Assembly (NCBI GenBank): GCA_018657525.1
Contig: JABHWZ010000002.1
Coordinates: 84,590 to 148,589, forward strand
Length of the DNA stretch: 64,000 nt
Reading direction: 5' to 3'
Origin: an archaeon
GTDB lineage: Archaea > Nanobdellota > Nanobdellia > Pacearchaeales > GW2011-AR1
The translations under genes were made by a program, and so were the position numbers. Shown in pieces: positions 17,396 to 24,634 of this stretch. The number at the start of each line of letters is the position of its first letter. Within the stretch, counting starts at the first letter, position 1. Under the pieces are notes generated by a model. That model ran no database searches and was not told where the DNA came from. It saw only the letters and a program-made list of their open reading frames with translations.

Positions 17396-17965
17396 TTATT
17401 TCTTTGCCCCCTTATTTACTTTCTTTTCTGTTACTACAATTTTAAGATGAGTTCTTTTTCTTTTTATTCGCCCAAATCTTCCAAAAGGTCGAGCCGCTTT
17501 ATTTGCAACAGCCTCGGTGATTATCGGTGCTTCAAGTCCATTAACATTTGCATTGCCTCGTAAACCCTTTAAGATTATAATAAATTCTCCTGATGCTTTT
17601 CCTGGAAATCTGCCTGACATGATTCCTTTACCCTTTCTATGTGGAATTTCCCCAATCATTGGAACTGCTTTTTTCTTCCGTATAACTAATTCCAAATCTT
17701 CCATTGCTTTTTCAATAGTTTTACCTTTAATAAATTTACAAATAAATTTTGCATCCAAAGTTGAAATTGGCACGCTAGTTGAATTAACTTCTGCTTTATC
17801 TCGCTTGACTATTTTTTGTTGAACCGGTTTCTTTGTTTCTTTTTTAACTTCTTCAACTTTCTTATCCTTTTTTATTTCTGTAACTGGAACCCTTGCCCCA
17901 GCTTTTGATTGCTTCTTCATTGTCTTCGAAGTTTTCTGTTCTGGGTTATAATTTTTTTCTGTCAT
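17396..17965 (-). CDS. rpl22: 50S ribosomal protein uL22 with an N-terminal Lys-rich extension
   Basis: AKFICKFIKGKTIEKAMEDLE...GRFPGKASGEFIIILKGLRGNA is the uL22 pattern. Confidence 0.9.
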   Translation of the reverse strand: MTEKNYNPEQKTSKTMKKQSKAGARVPVTEIKKDKKVEEVKKETKKPVQQKIVKRDKAEVNSTSVPISTLDAKFICKFIKGKTIEKAMEDLELVIRKKKAVPMIGEIPHRKGKGIMSGRFPGKASGEFIIILKGLRGNANVNGLEAPIITEAVANKAARPFGRFGRIKRKRTHLKIVVTEKKVNKGAKK

Positions 17966-18020
17966 TGTGTTTTTTGTTCTGCAAAAAATGCAGTTAAAAT
18001 GTTTGCCATTTTGTCTTTAT

Positions 18021-18416
18021 TTAGTGTTTACTTAAAGTTTTTGTCCCCTTTGTAGACCCAACTCCTGCTTTTCCATGGTTAACTCTTCCTCTTGTCGGAG
18101 AGAATTCCCCAAAATAACGTCCAAGCATTTCAATAGTTATATCAGTTGGAATAAATTTATTTCCATTATGAATTTGTATTCTCATTCCAACTAAATCTGG
18201 AACAACAATCAAATCTCTTAAATGAGTTCTGATCTGTTTACCATTTGCTACTTTTTTCTTAGCTCTTGCCACAAAATTTTCTATATCTTGGAAATTTCTC
18301 AAAACCGTTCTCCTTTCTCTCGACTTCAAAAGTTTCGCAAATTCTCTTACATCTAGAGTTTTCAGTTCTTCAATTTTCTTTCCTCGAAATGTTAATTCCT
18401 TTTTTCCTAATACCAT
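18021..18416 (-). CDS. rps19: 30S ribosomal protein uS19
   Basis: IRTHLRDLIVVPDLVGMRIQIHNGNKFIPTDITIEMLGRYFGEFSPTR is uS19. The ATG at 18416 lies 1 nt after the upstream stop; the track start at 18530 runs through the neighbouring ORF. Confidence 0.9.
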   Translation of the reverse strand: MVLGKKELTFRGKKIEELKTLDVREFAKLLKSRERRTVLRNFQDIENFVARAKKKVANGKQIRTHLRDLIVVPDLVGMRIQIHNGNKFIPTDITIEMLGRYFGEFSPTRGRVNHGKAGVGSTKGTKTLSKH

Positions 18417-18417
18417 T

Positions 18418-18669
18418 TTAATCTGTTCCTTGCCTCCAATCCTTAGCTGAGCGATAATTTCCATCATACAAACATTTTTTACATCCTTGATCACTACTAG
18501 AGTATGTGCAATAGTGAGAAATTGCTCCACTAGATTTCATATATGGGGCCCAAGTTTCTTTTCTCCCTTTTTGAGCAGGGCAATCTTTTTCAAATTCTCT
18601 TAACATTCCCATTACTTTTATTGCTTCACTATTATCTTCTTCTGTGCTTGTCGTTGTTTTTTTTACCAT
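18418..18669 (-). CDS. hypothetical Cys-containing protein (83 aa) intercalated between rpl2 and rps19
   Basis: There are 1-nt gaps on both sides. The SD GGAGG for rps19 lies near its 3' end. Confidence 0.6.
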   Translation of the reverse strand: MVKKTTTSTEEDNSEAIKVMGMLREFEKDCPAQKGRKETWAPYMKSSGAISHYCTYSSSDQGCKKCLYDGNYRSAKDWRQGTD

Positions 18670-18670
18670 T

Positions 18671-19381
18671 TTATTTTTTCTTACCTGTTCTTTTCGGCCT
18701 GATTAATCCAACTTTCTGTCCAGGTGCTGAATTTCTTTTTGCAATCCTTGATTTAGGAACCTTTCCTCTTCCCGAACCAAACGGATGATCAATTGCATTC
18801 ATTTTACAAGCAGATGTCCTCGGCCATAATTTATTTTTTGACTTTTTCATGTGATGTTTTTTACCCGCTTTCAATATCGGTTTGTCTAGTCTCCCGTGAC
18901 CTGCAACTACTCCTACAATAGCCCGACATTTTCCATTTAACTTCTTTTCCTTTTTAGAAGGCAGAAGCACATAGATTGAATCTCCCACAATTCTACTTAT
19001 CATTGCAGAACTTCCTGCACTTTTCATAAGCTTCCCACCGTCGCCAGTTCTTGATTCAATGCAATGAATTGGAGTTTTAACCGGGATATCTGCAACCTTC
19101 ATAATGTTCCCATCTTTAACTTCTTTACTTTCAAAATTAATCTTTTGCCCTTCTTGCATTCCCTTAAATGCCGGAACATAAAAATAACTTTTTTTATTTT
19201 CTTTAATATATTCAATTTTTGCTAACGGTGCAGTGTGCGCCTTCGACGCCAATAATTCAACAACAATCCCTTCTCCAGATAATCGCGGCGGATATTGAAT
19301 CTTGTAAATAAACGATTTCTTGTTTACTCTATAAGTTTTACTTCCTTTCCCACGTCTTTGCATAATAATTCTTTTTCCCAT
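18671..19381 (-). CDS. rpl2: 50S ribosomal protein uL2
   Basis: GGKLMKSAGSSA...VAGHGRLDKP..KAG...MNAIDHPFGSGRG is uL2. Confidence 0.95.
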   Translation of the reverse strand: MGKRIIMQRRGKGSKTYRVNKKSFIYKIQYPPRLSGEGIVVELLASKAHTAPLAKIEYIKENKKSYFYVPAFKGMQEGQKINFESKEVKDGNIMKVADIPVKTPIHCIESRTGDGGKLMKSAGSSAMISRIVGDSIYVLLPSKKEKKLNGKCRAIVGVVAGHGRLDKPILKAGKKHHMKKSKNKLWPRTSACKMNAIDHPFGSGRGKVPKSRIAKRNSAPGQKVGLIRPKRTGKKK

Positions 19382-19382
19382 C

Positions 19383-19655
19383 TTACATTAATCTCCTTTG
19401 CTTTATTGTTCTTGGAAATCCATATTCTCTCGCGCCTTGCCTTTTGATATATTTCACGTCTACATATTTCATCTGGCCTTCTACAGTAAATATAATCTCT
19501 CTCCGGAGTGGTGCTAAACAATGTCTTATCGGGCTATTTTGCCTACGCTCTTTTATAACAATTCCCTCTCCTACTTCCGGGATTAATACAAGAGCACCTT
19601 CTTCTTTTGCAGTTCTCATTTCAATAGTTGTCATATTTCCAATATTTTTCTCCAT
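19383..19655 (-). CDS. hypothetical Arg-rich protein (90 aa) intercalated between rpl23 and rpl2
   Basis: TAATG overlap with the rpl23 stop and a 1-nt gap to rpl2. The SD AAGGAG for rpl2 sits in its last codons. Confidence 0.6.
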   Translation of the reverse strand: MEKNIGNMTTIEMRTAKEEGALVLIPEVGEGIVIKERRQNSPIRHCLAPLRREIIFTVEGQMKYVDVKYIKRQGAREYGFPRTIKQRRLM

Positions 19656-19912
19656 TATATAATACCTATTTTAGTCGCCAGGTCAATTGCTGGAAACTCC
19701 TTTTTTAATTTAACGTAAGTGTATTTTTTATTATTTCTAATTGATGTTCTAACCTTTTCAACCTTAACTTCAAATAATTCCTCAACTGTTTTCTTAACTT
19801 CGTCTTTTGAAAATTTCGGACTGACTGTGAAAGTTATAACATTATCTTTTTCAATTAACATAACTGCTTTTTCCGTCGTTATTGGTTTAAGTTGAACTCC
19901 GATTGTTTTCAT
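19655..19912 (-). CDS. rpl23: 50S ribosomal protein uL23
   Basis: KPITTEKAVMLIEKDNVITFTVSPKFSKDEVKKTVEELFEVKVEKVRT is uL23. Confidence 0.9.
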   Translation of the reverse strand: MKTIGVQLKPITTEKAVMLIEKDNVITFTVSPKFSKDEVKKTVEELFEVKVEKVRTSIRNNKKYTYVKLKKEFPAIDLATKIGII

Positions 19913-20157
19913 TTTTTATTTTTCCCTATCTGTAAAAGACTTTTTAATTCTGATGTTCGTTCGAAAACTAAAATATCTGTCCCATGGACTTCCAAGATCC
20001 TAGAATTAAATCGATACCCGCTATCAGTTCCCTTTAATCCAAAACAATGCCAAATTGTATCTTTATATGAGTATTCTTTAAAGTATTCTGCTTCTACAAC
20101 TAAGTTTTCATGTTGAGCATCAATTAAAGTATACATTGAATCAAGACTTAATGTCAT
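19909..20157 (-). CDS. hypothetical protein (82 aa) intercalated between rpl4 and rpl23
   Basis: ATGA overlaps at both ends; no recognisable motif. Confidence 0.6.
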   Translation of the reverse strand: MTLSLDSMYTLIDAQHENLVVEAEYFKEYSYKDTIWHCFGLKGTDSGYRFNSRILEVHGTDILVFERTSELKSLLQIGKNKK

Positions 20158-20975
20158 TTCTTAGCCTCCACTTTTTTAATTCCCTTGAACTTATTATTTA
20201 ATTCTTCAACTGCTTTTTCAGTATAAACTGTTAATCTTCCAAGACCACCATTTGCTAAATTATCCACTCCCAAGTTCCCAGCTTGAACAACATCTATAAT
20301 TGTTGATTTTACTTTTTCGTCTTTACCTAAAACTAAAAGCATACCTGCAGATTTTTTGTACTTTCTTCCTCTTCGTGAACCTCTTCCTGCTCGAACTTTC
20401 TTAGTTTGAAGTGCAATTTCAAATAATGTTTCTCCCAAAATTTTCTTTAAACTATCTTTCAATTCTTTTGCTTTCAAAGAACTTAATTTTGAATCAACAA
20501 TAAACGGAACCTGTTTTTCTAATTTTTCTATTCTTTGATATTTGTGCTGGATATATTCTACATTCGCTGTCGCGCTTAACGCAGATTCTAAAGCTATTTT
20601 CATTTCCTTTTTATTTATTTTTAAAATATTAATCATTGAAGTTGGTTTTGGTGGATGGGCTCTTCGTCCTCCACGAGTATTCGGTGATGTGGCCCCAACC
20701 CAATTAAATTGTGTTCCTCGTCGTGACATTTGTTTTCTTGGAACTCTTGAAGCTCCTCGCCCGTATCCTGATTTCCAAACATGTCTTCTACGAATTAATT
20801 TTCCCGACGCCGACGCTTGAAGTCCTGCCATAGGTGATGGCCCATAAGGTTGCTTTGTTTTCTTAACTTCCAAAACTTTCGCAACAATATCTTCTCGAAC
20901 TTTTTTAGAAAAATAACTAGGACTATCCATTTCCTTTCCTTGCTTTCCGTCTATTTGATATATTTTAATTTTCAT
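20154..20975 (-). CDS. rpl4: 50S ribosomal protein uL4 (L1e)
   Basis: QPYGPSPMAGLQASA...GRGASRVPR...GGRRAHPPK is archaeal uL4. Confidence 0.9.
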   Translation of the reverse strand: MKIKIYQIDGKQGKEMDSPSYFSKKVREDIVAKVLEVKKTKQPYGPSPMAGLQASASGKLIRRRHVWKSGYGRGASRVPRKQMSRRGTQFNWVGATSPNTRGGRRAHPPKPTSMINILKINKKEMKIALESALSATANVEYIQHKYQRIEKLEKQVPFIVDSKLSSLKAKELKDSLKKILGETLFEIALQTKKVRAGRGSRRGRKYKKSAGMLLVLGKDEKVKSTIIDVVQAGNLGVDNLANGGLGRLTVYTEKAVEELNNKFKGIKKVEAKK

Positions 20976-21205
20976 TTTCTTTTAAAATCTTCTTGTTCAA
21001 GATATAAAATATCTCTAGTAACGTGAACTCCTTCACTGCAAGCAATTCCTTTTCCGTCAGAGGCCACACCTAAATAAGCACTTCTTTCCCCCTCTAATTG
21101 GGAAATTACTCCCATGCATTTTTTCATATCCCCATTTATATCAATCTCTGTTTTGTATGCAGGACAAGTTTTTGCACAACTACATAGGATTCCTGCTATT
21201 TTCAT
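20972..21205 (-). CDS. hypothetical Cys-rich protein (77 aa) intercalated between rpl3 and rpl4
   Basis: ATGA overlaps at both ends. Contains a CSCAKTCP...C...C pattern. Confidence 0.6.
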   Translation of the reverse strand: MKIAGILCSCAKTCPAYKTEIDINGDMKKCMGVISQLEGERSAYLGVASDGKGIACSEGVHVTRDILYLEQEDFKRK

Positions 21206-22155
21206 CGCAACGCCACCAGCTCAAAAGCTTTTTTATTTTGTTTTTTAGTCTCTCTCAACGGAGCAGTAATTAATAATTGTCTTTTTGCCGATCCTTGCAC
21301 ACTTCCTGCAACAACTAAATATTCATTATGAACATTTCCATAATTTTTAATATTTGCAATCGGTTTATCATCTGCTTTGGCCAAGTCAATGATTTTATTG
21401 TTGTAAACCACCCTCGTAAACATACCCAGCTGACCAGCCATCGGAGTTCTAAAAGTTACACGAGCCGGATGCCACGGAGCAATTGAACCAACTTTTCTCA
21501 GCCCTTTTTCTGATTTATGAAATCTAAGTTTAATACCAAATCTTTTTACTGGACCTGAAAAACCTTTACCTTTTGTTAAACCTCTAACATCTACCAACTT
21601 TCCTACCTCAAAAATATCTGAAACCGCAATTTCCTTTGTCAAATTTTCTTTAATCCATGCCATTTTTTCAGTGATATCTTGGCCTGTCAATCCAATTTCT
21701 ATTAAATCTGGTGTTTTTTTAATTTCAGTTTTTTTAACTTGAGAATAAGCAATCACCGCAACATCATCATACTCCTCAATTTTAACATCATCTAATTTTG
21801 CTTTATTTTGTTTAGGAATTTTAACTTTCTTTTTTAGTTCTTTATCTAAGTTTTCAGAAAGAATATCTTTCGCCACTTTTTTGTTTTTATAAAATCTTAC
21901 AGAAAAAATCTTTAATGTTGGACACTCGAGAATAGTTACCGGGACAACAATTTCCTTGCCCTTTGTCATTGAATCTTCTGTGCTGTCTTTAACATAAGCC
22001 GAAGCCATTCCAGCTTTATAACAAATGAATCCTTTAAGTCCTTTAGAATTTTCAGATGGAATCGCACTCCAGTTAACTCTAGGCAAAGCTTTTCTGGCTC
22101 GCTTCCGCGGCCAAAATTGCAAACTTCCTCTTCGTGGTCTTGATAATGTTGGCAT
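21202..22155 (-). CDS. rpl3: 50S ribosomal protein uL3
   Basis: RPRRGSLQFWPRKRA...GFICYKAGM...TKGKGFSGPVKRFG is archaeal uL3. Confidence 0.95.
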   Translation of the reverse strand: MPTLSRPRRGSLQFWPRKRARKALPRVNWSAIPSENSKGLKGFICYKAGMASAYVKDSTEDSMTKGKEIVVPVTILECPTLKIFSVRFYKNKKVAKDILSENLDKELKKKVKIPKQNKAKLDDVKIEEYDDVAVIAYSQVKKTEIKKTPDLIEIGLTGQDITEKMAWIKENLTKEIAVSDIFEVGKLVDVRGLTKGKGFSGPVKRFGIKLRFHKSEKGLRKVGSIAPWHPARVTFRTPMAGQLGMFTRVVYNNKIIDLAKADDKPIANIKNYGNVHNEYLVVAGSVQGSAKRQLLITAPLRETKKQNKKAFELVALR

Positions 22156-22289
22156 TTTCTATATTTGTTTGTGTAGCGAAGATTTTCATTTACTTACCCT
22201 GGATATAATCTAAGGGAAAAAACCCTTTAAAAGTCTTTCGTAAAAGGGTGGCAAGAAAGCTTTATAAATCAAAATTAATAAACATTTAT

Positions 22290-22628
22290 ATGACAAAAAG
22301 TTATCTAGATGAACTTCGAGGGATATTTGGTAAAGGTAGTCTCTTTGAAAATCCTAGTCTTAATAGTATGATGCATCCTCCCCAAGTTAAACCAGATTTG
22401 GGCAAAGAATATTTTTTACACGGGGACACAATTTATTTGAATCCACAATTAGATGAAACAGGAAGGCCTGTTTTAGAATTAAACTTTCCCAATAAACAAA
22501 GAGCTAGAGTACCAATTTCCAAAACTGCTTCAAAAGTAAGATATGCTTCTCCTACCGATAACGCCCCAAGAACAATCCAAGTTTTATATGTCAAAAGAAG
22601 ATGGAGTATCGCTTTACTGGCTGATTAA
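22290..22628 (+). CDS. hypothetical protein (112 aa)
   Basis: The track start at 22248 is GTG. The ATG at 22290 sits 22-29 nt downstream of TTTATAAA (22261-22268). Confidence 0.5.
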   Translation: MTKSYLDELRGIFGKGSLFENPSLNSMMHPPQVKPDLGKEYFLHGDTIYLNPQLDETGRPVLELNFPNKQRARVPISKTASKVRYASPTDNAPRTIQVLYVKRRWSIALLAD

Positions 22629-22696
22629 TTTACCTCCTTTAAATATTATTGCACTAAATTTAGTAAGTATTTTGAATTATTTTTTGAGGTTAGATT

Positions 22697-22766
22697 TAAG
22701 ATTTTATTTTACAAAGTAAAAGGGGTCTTCGAAGCGTAGTGAACTACGTGAGAAGATAAAATCTTA
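22697..22766. other. 70-nt compound hairpin between convergent genes (possible bidirectional terminator or small structured RNA)
   Basis: Outer stem TAAGATTTTAT/ATAAAATCTTA, middle stem TCTTC/GAAGA, inner stem CGTAG/CTACG with a TGAA loop. Confidence 0.35.
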
Positions 22767-22792
22767 GATATAAACCAAAAAGAAACAAAAGA

Positions 22793-23503
22793 TTAAGCAG
22801 TAAATTCAAACTCTTTCTTAACCTCTTCCTCATCAATTATCCCTTCACGAATAATTCTACCAATTCTTTTGGAGGCTTCACGAATCAAAGCAAAATCCTT
22901 GCTGTCTTTCATATCTTCTGGCATTTGGATTTTTTCTACAAAAAAATTATGCTTTAATTCTGCTTTTGTAAAATCAGGTTTTTCAAAAATAAAACTTTCC
23001 CCAATTGATTTATCATTCGTAACCAATTTACAAAAATTTGCTTTCGGCTGTTCTCCACCTTTCCCTGGTTTTCCAGATTTTGGAGCTTTCGGCTTAATTT
23101 TTAATTTTGTACTTTCGTCAGGGGTATTAAAACTCAGAGCAAAAAAAGTTTTAGGAAATTTTTCCTGTAAATTTAAAATTTCATGACCTGACATTTCAGA
23201 ATCAATTAAATATCTTTTTACTCCCTGAAATTGTTTCTTGCCTGTAAATTCAAACTCTCCTGTTAAATCTGATGTAGAAACAATTGCTCCTGTAACTTGC
23301 ACTCTTGCCTCGCCAACTTTTTTAGCAACAGCCTGAACTAATTCATTAGCAAATTCAGCAGAAGTATTAATTGTGTGTTTGTTTTTAGATTTTTTTGCTT
23401 TAATAACTGCCCGGTCTCTAAATTCTCCCTTAGAAAATTTCTGAAACTGAAGATGCGCAAAAGCATCACCTTCTCCATCAAACAACTTTTTTATAAAATT
23501 CAT
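22793..23503 (-). CDS. hypothetical protein (236 aa)
   Basis: Long ORF with no recognisable motif. Confidence 0.55.
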   Translation of the reverse strand: MNFIKKLFDGEGDAFAHLQFQKFSKGEFRDRAVIKAKKSKNKHTINTSAEFANELVQAVAKKVGEARVQVTGAIVSTSDLTGEFEFTGKKQFQGVKRYLIDSEMSGHEILNLQEKFPKTFFALSFNTPDESTKLKIKPKAPKSGKPGKGGEQPKANFCKLVTNDKSIGESFIFEKPDFTKAELKHNFFVEKIQMPEDMKDSKDFALIREASKRIGRIIREGIIDEEEVKKEFEFTA

Positions 23504-23602
23504 AGATTTAAAAAAGAATCTTTATTTTTAAACCTTTCTTCAAAAAAAGAACCCCAACATTTAAAAGTTTCAACTACTTGTTTTAAGTAATAAAAAGAGA
23601 AA

Positions 23603-24634
23603 ATGGAAAAACAAAATACCCCCAAAATTATCGACGCTGCAATTTTGCTAGCATTAGTTGTTTTGTCTTTCTTTCTACTTAAGCCAATTCTTTTATCAGT
23701 TTTGTTAGGAATAGTTTTAGCTTTCATCTTCCTTCCATCATATGAAAGACTCTATAAAAAAACTAAATCAAAAAACATTTCTGCTCTTGCTCTTTGTATT
23801 TTCCTAGCTGTTCTAGTAGTTTTACCTTTTTGGTTCCTCACTCCAATTTTTATAAGTCAGTCAGTAAAGATTTATCTTGCAATTCAACAAGCAGATTTTA
23901 TGACCCCTCTCAAATCTCTATTCCCTAAATTGTTTTCTTCAGAAGAATTCTCAATAGAATTAGGTGCAATTGTAAAAGACTTCGTTACTCGTCTAGCTAA
24001 CACAACTGTAACAACTTTTTCAAACTTAATCCTTGAAGCACCAAAATTATTTCTTCAGTCACTAGTCGTATTTTTCACCTTCTTTTTCGTTTTGAGGGAT
24101 AGGGATGAACTAATAATTTATCTAAAAAGTTTGCTACCATTTTCAGAAAACATCCAACAAAAATTATTTAAACAATCAAAAGAAATAACTCGCTCAGTCC
24201 TTTATGGTCAAATTATTATTGGAATTTTACAAGGGTTATTAGTGGGGGTAGGTTTCTTTTTATTCGGAGTTTCTAATGCATTGTTTATGACTCTTTTAGC
24301 AGTTATCTCCGGTGTTTTCCCAATTATTGGGACAACCATTGTTTGGTTCCCCTTGGTGATTTATCTTTTCATTAAAGGCCACATGCTTGCCGTCGTCGGA
24401 ATTACTTTCTTCGGAATTATTTCCTATTTATTAGATAACTGGATAAAACCAATTTTAGTTTCACGAAGAATCGAAATGCATTCCTCTGTTGTATTATTTG
24501 GAATGATTGGAGGATTATTTTTGTTCGGAATTATGGGATTCATTTTAGGACCACTAATTTTAGCATATCTTTTAATTTTATTGGAGATTCATAGAAACAA
24601 AAAATCTCAAGGAATATTTTTTAAAAAAGGGTAG
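23603..24634 (+). CDS. AI-2E family transporter (PerM/UPF0118-type permease)
   Basis: About 8 TM segments. The loop region (LPFSENIQQKLFKQSKEITRSVLYGQIIIGILQGLLVG) and C-terminal layout are typical of UPF0118. Confidence 0.7.
   Translation: MEKQNTPKIIDAAILLALVVLSFFLLKPILLSVLLGIVLAFIFLPSYERLYKKTKSKNISALALCIFLAVLVVLPFWFLTPIFISQSVKIYLAIQQADFMTPLKSLFPKLFSSEEFSIELGAIVKDFVTRLANTTVTTFSNLILEAPKLFLQSLVVFFTFFFVLRDRDELIIYLKSLLPFSENIQQKLFKQSKEITRSVLYGQIIIGILQGLLVGVGFFLFGVSNALFMTLLAVISGVFPIIGTTIVWFPLVIYLFIKGHMLAVVGITFFGIISYLLDNWIKPILVSRRIEMHSSVVLFGMIGGLFLFGIMGFILGPLILAYLLILLEIHRNKKSQGIFFKKG

Noticed and set aside
17966-18013. 15-codon mini-ORF (MANILTAFFAEQKTQ) with an ATGA overlap to rpl22, plus the CTGCA-AAAAA-TGCAG hairpin in the only sizeable spacer of the operon (rps19|rpl22).
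   Set aside because: It is too short to distinguish from chance. It is noted only because it mimics the coupling pattern.
9164-18530. Longer start codons offered by the ORF track for rps5 (9198), rpl18 (9682), rpl24 (14889), rps17 (16040), rps19 (18530), pfdA (1636), spt5 (47920), and the ORFs at 35451, 35857 and 46014.
   Set aside because: They create 10-110 nt overlaps with the upstream gene, and some are TTG or GTG. Internal ATGs restore the uniform 1-nt-gap or 4-nt-overlap packing and usually have an SD. Uncertainty remains for rps17.
9661-21205. Idea that the intercalated ORFs form one paralogous family or are fragments of split r-proteins.
   Set aside because: Reading all the translations side by side, I see no shared motif, length class or charge pattern. 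The flanking r-proteins appear full-length with intact termini.
23500-23727. 75-aa minus-strand ORF overlapping the start of the AI-2E transporter gene.
   Set aside because: It overlaps a well-supported gene and promoter region, has no motif, and is probably spurious.
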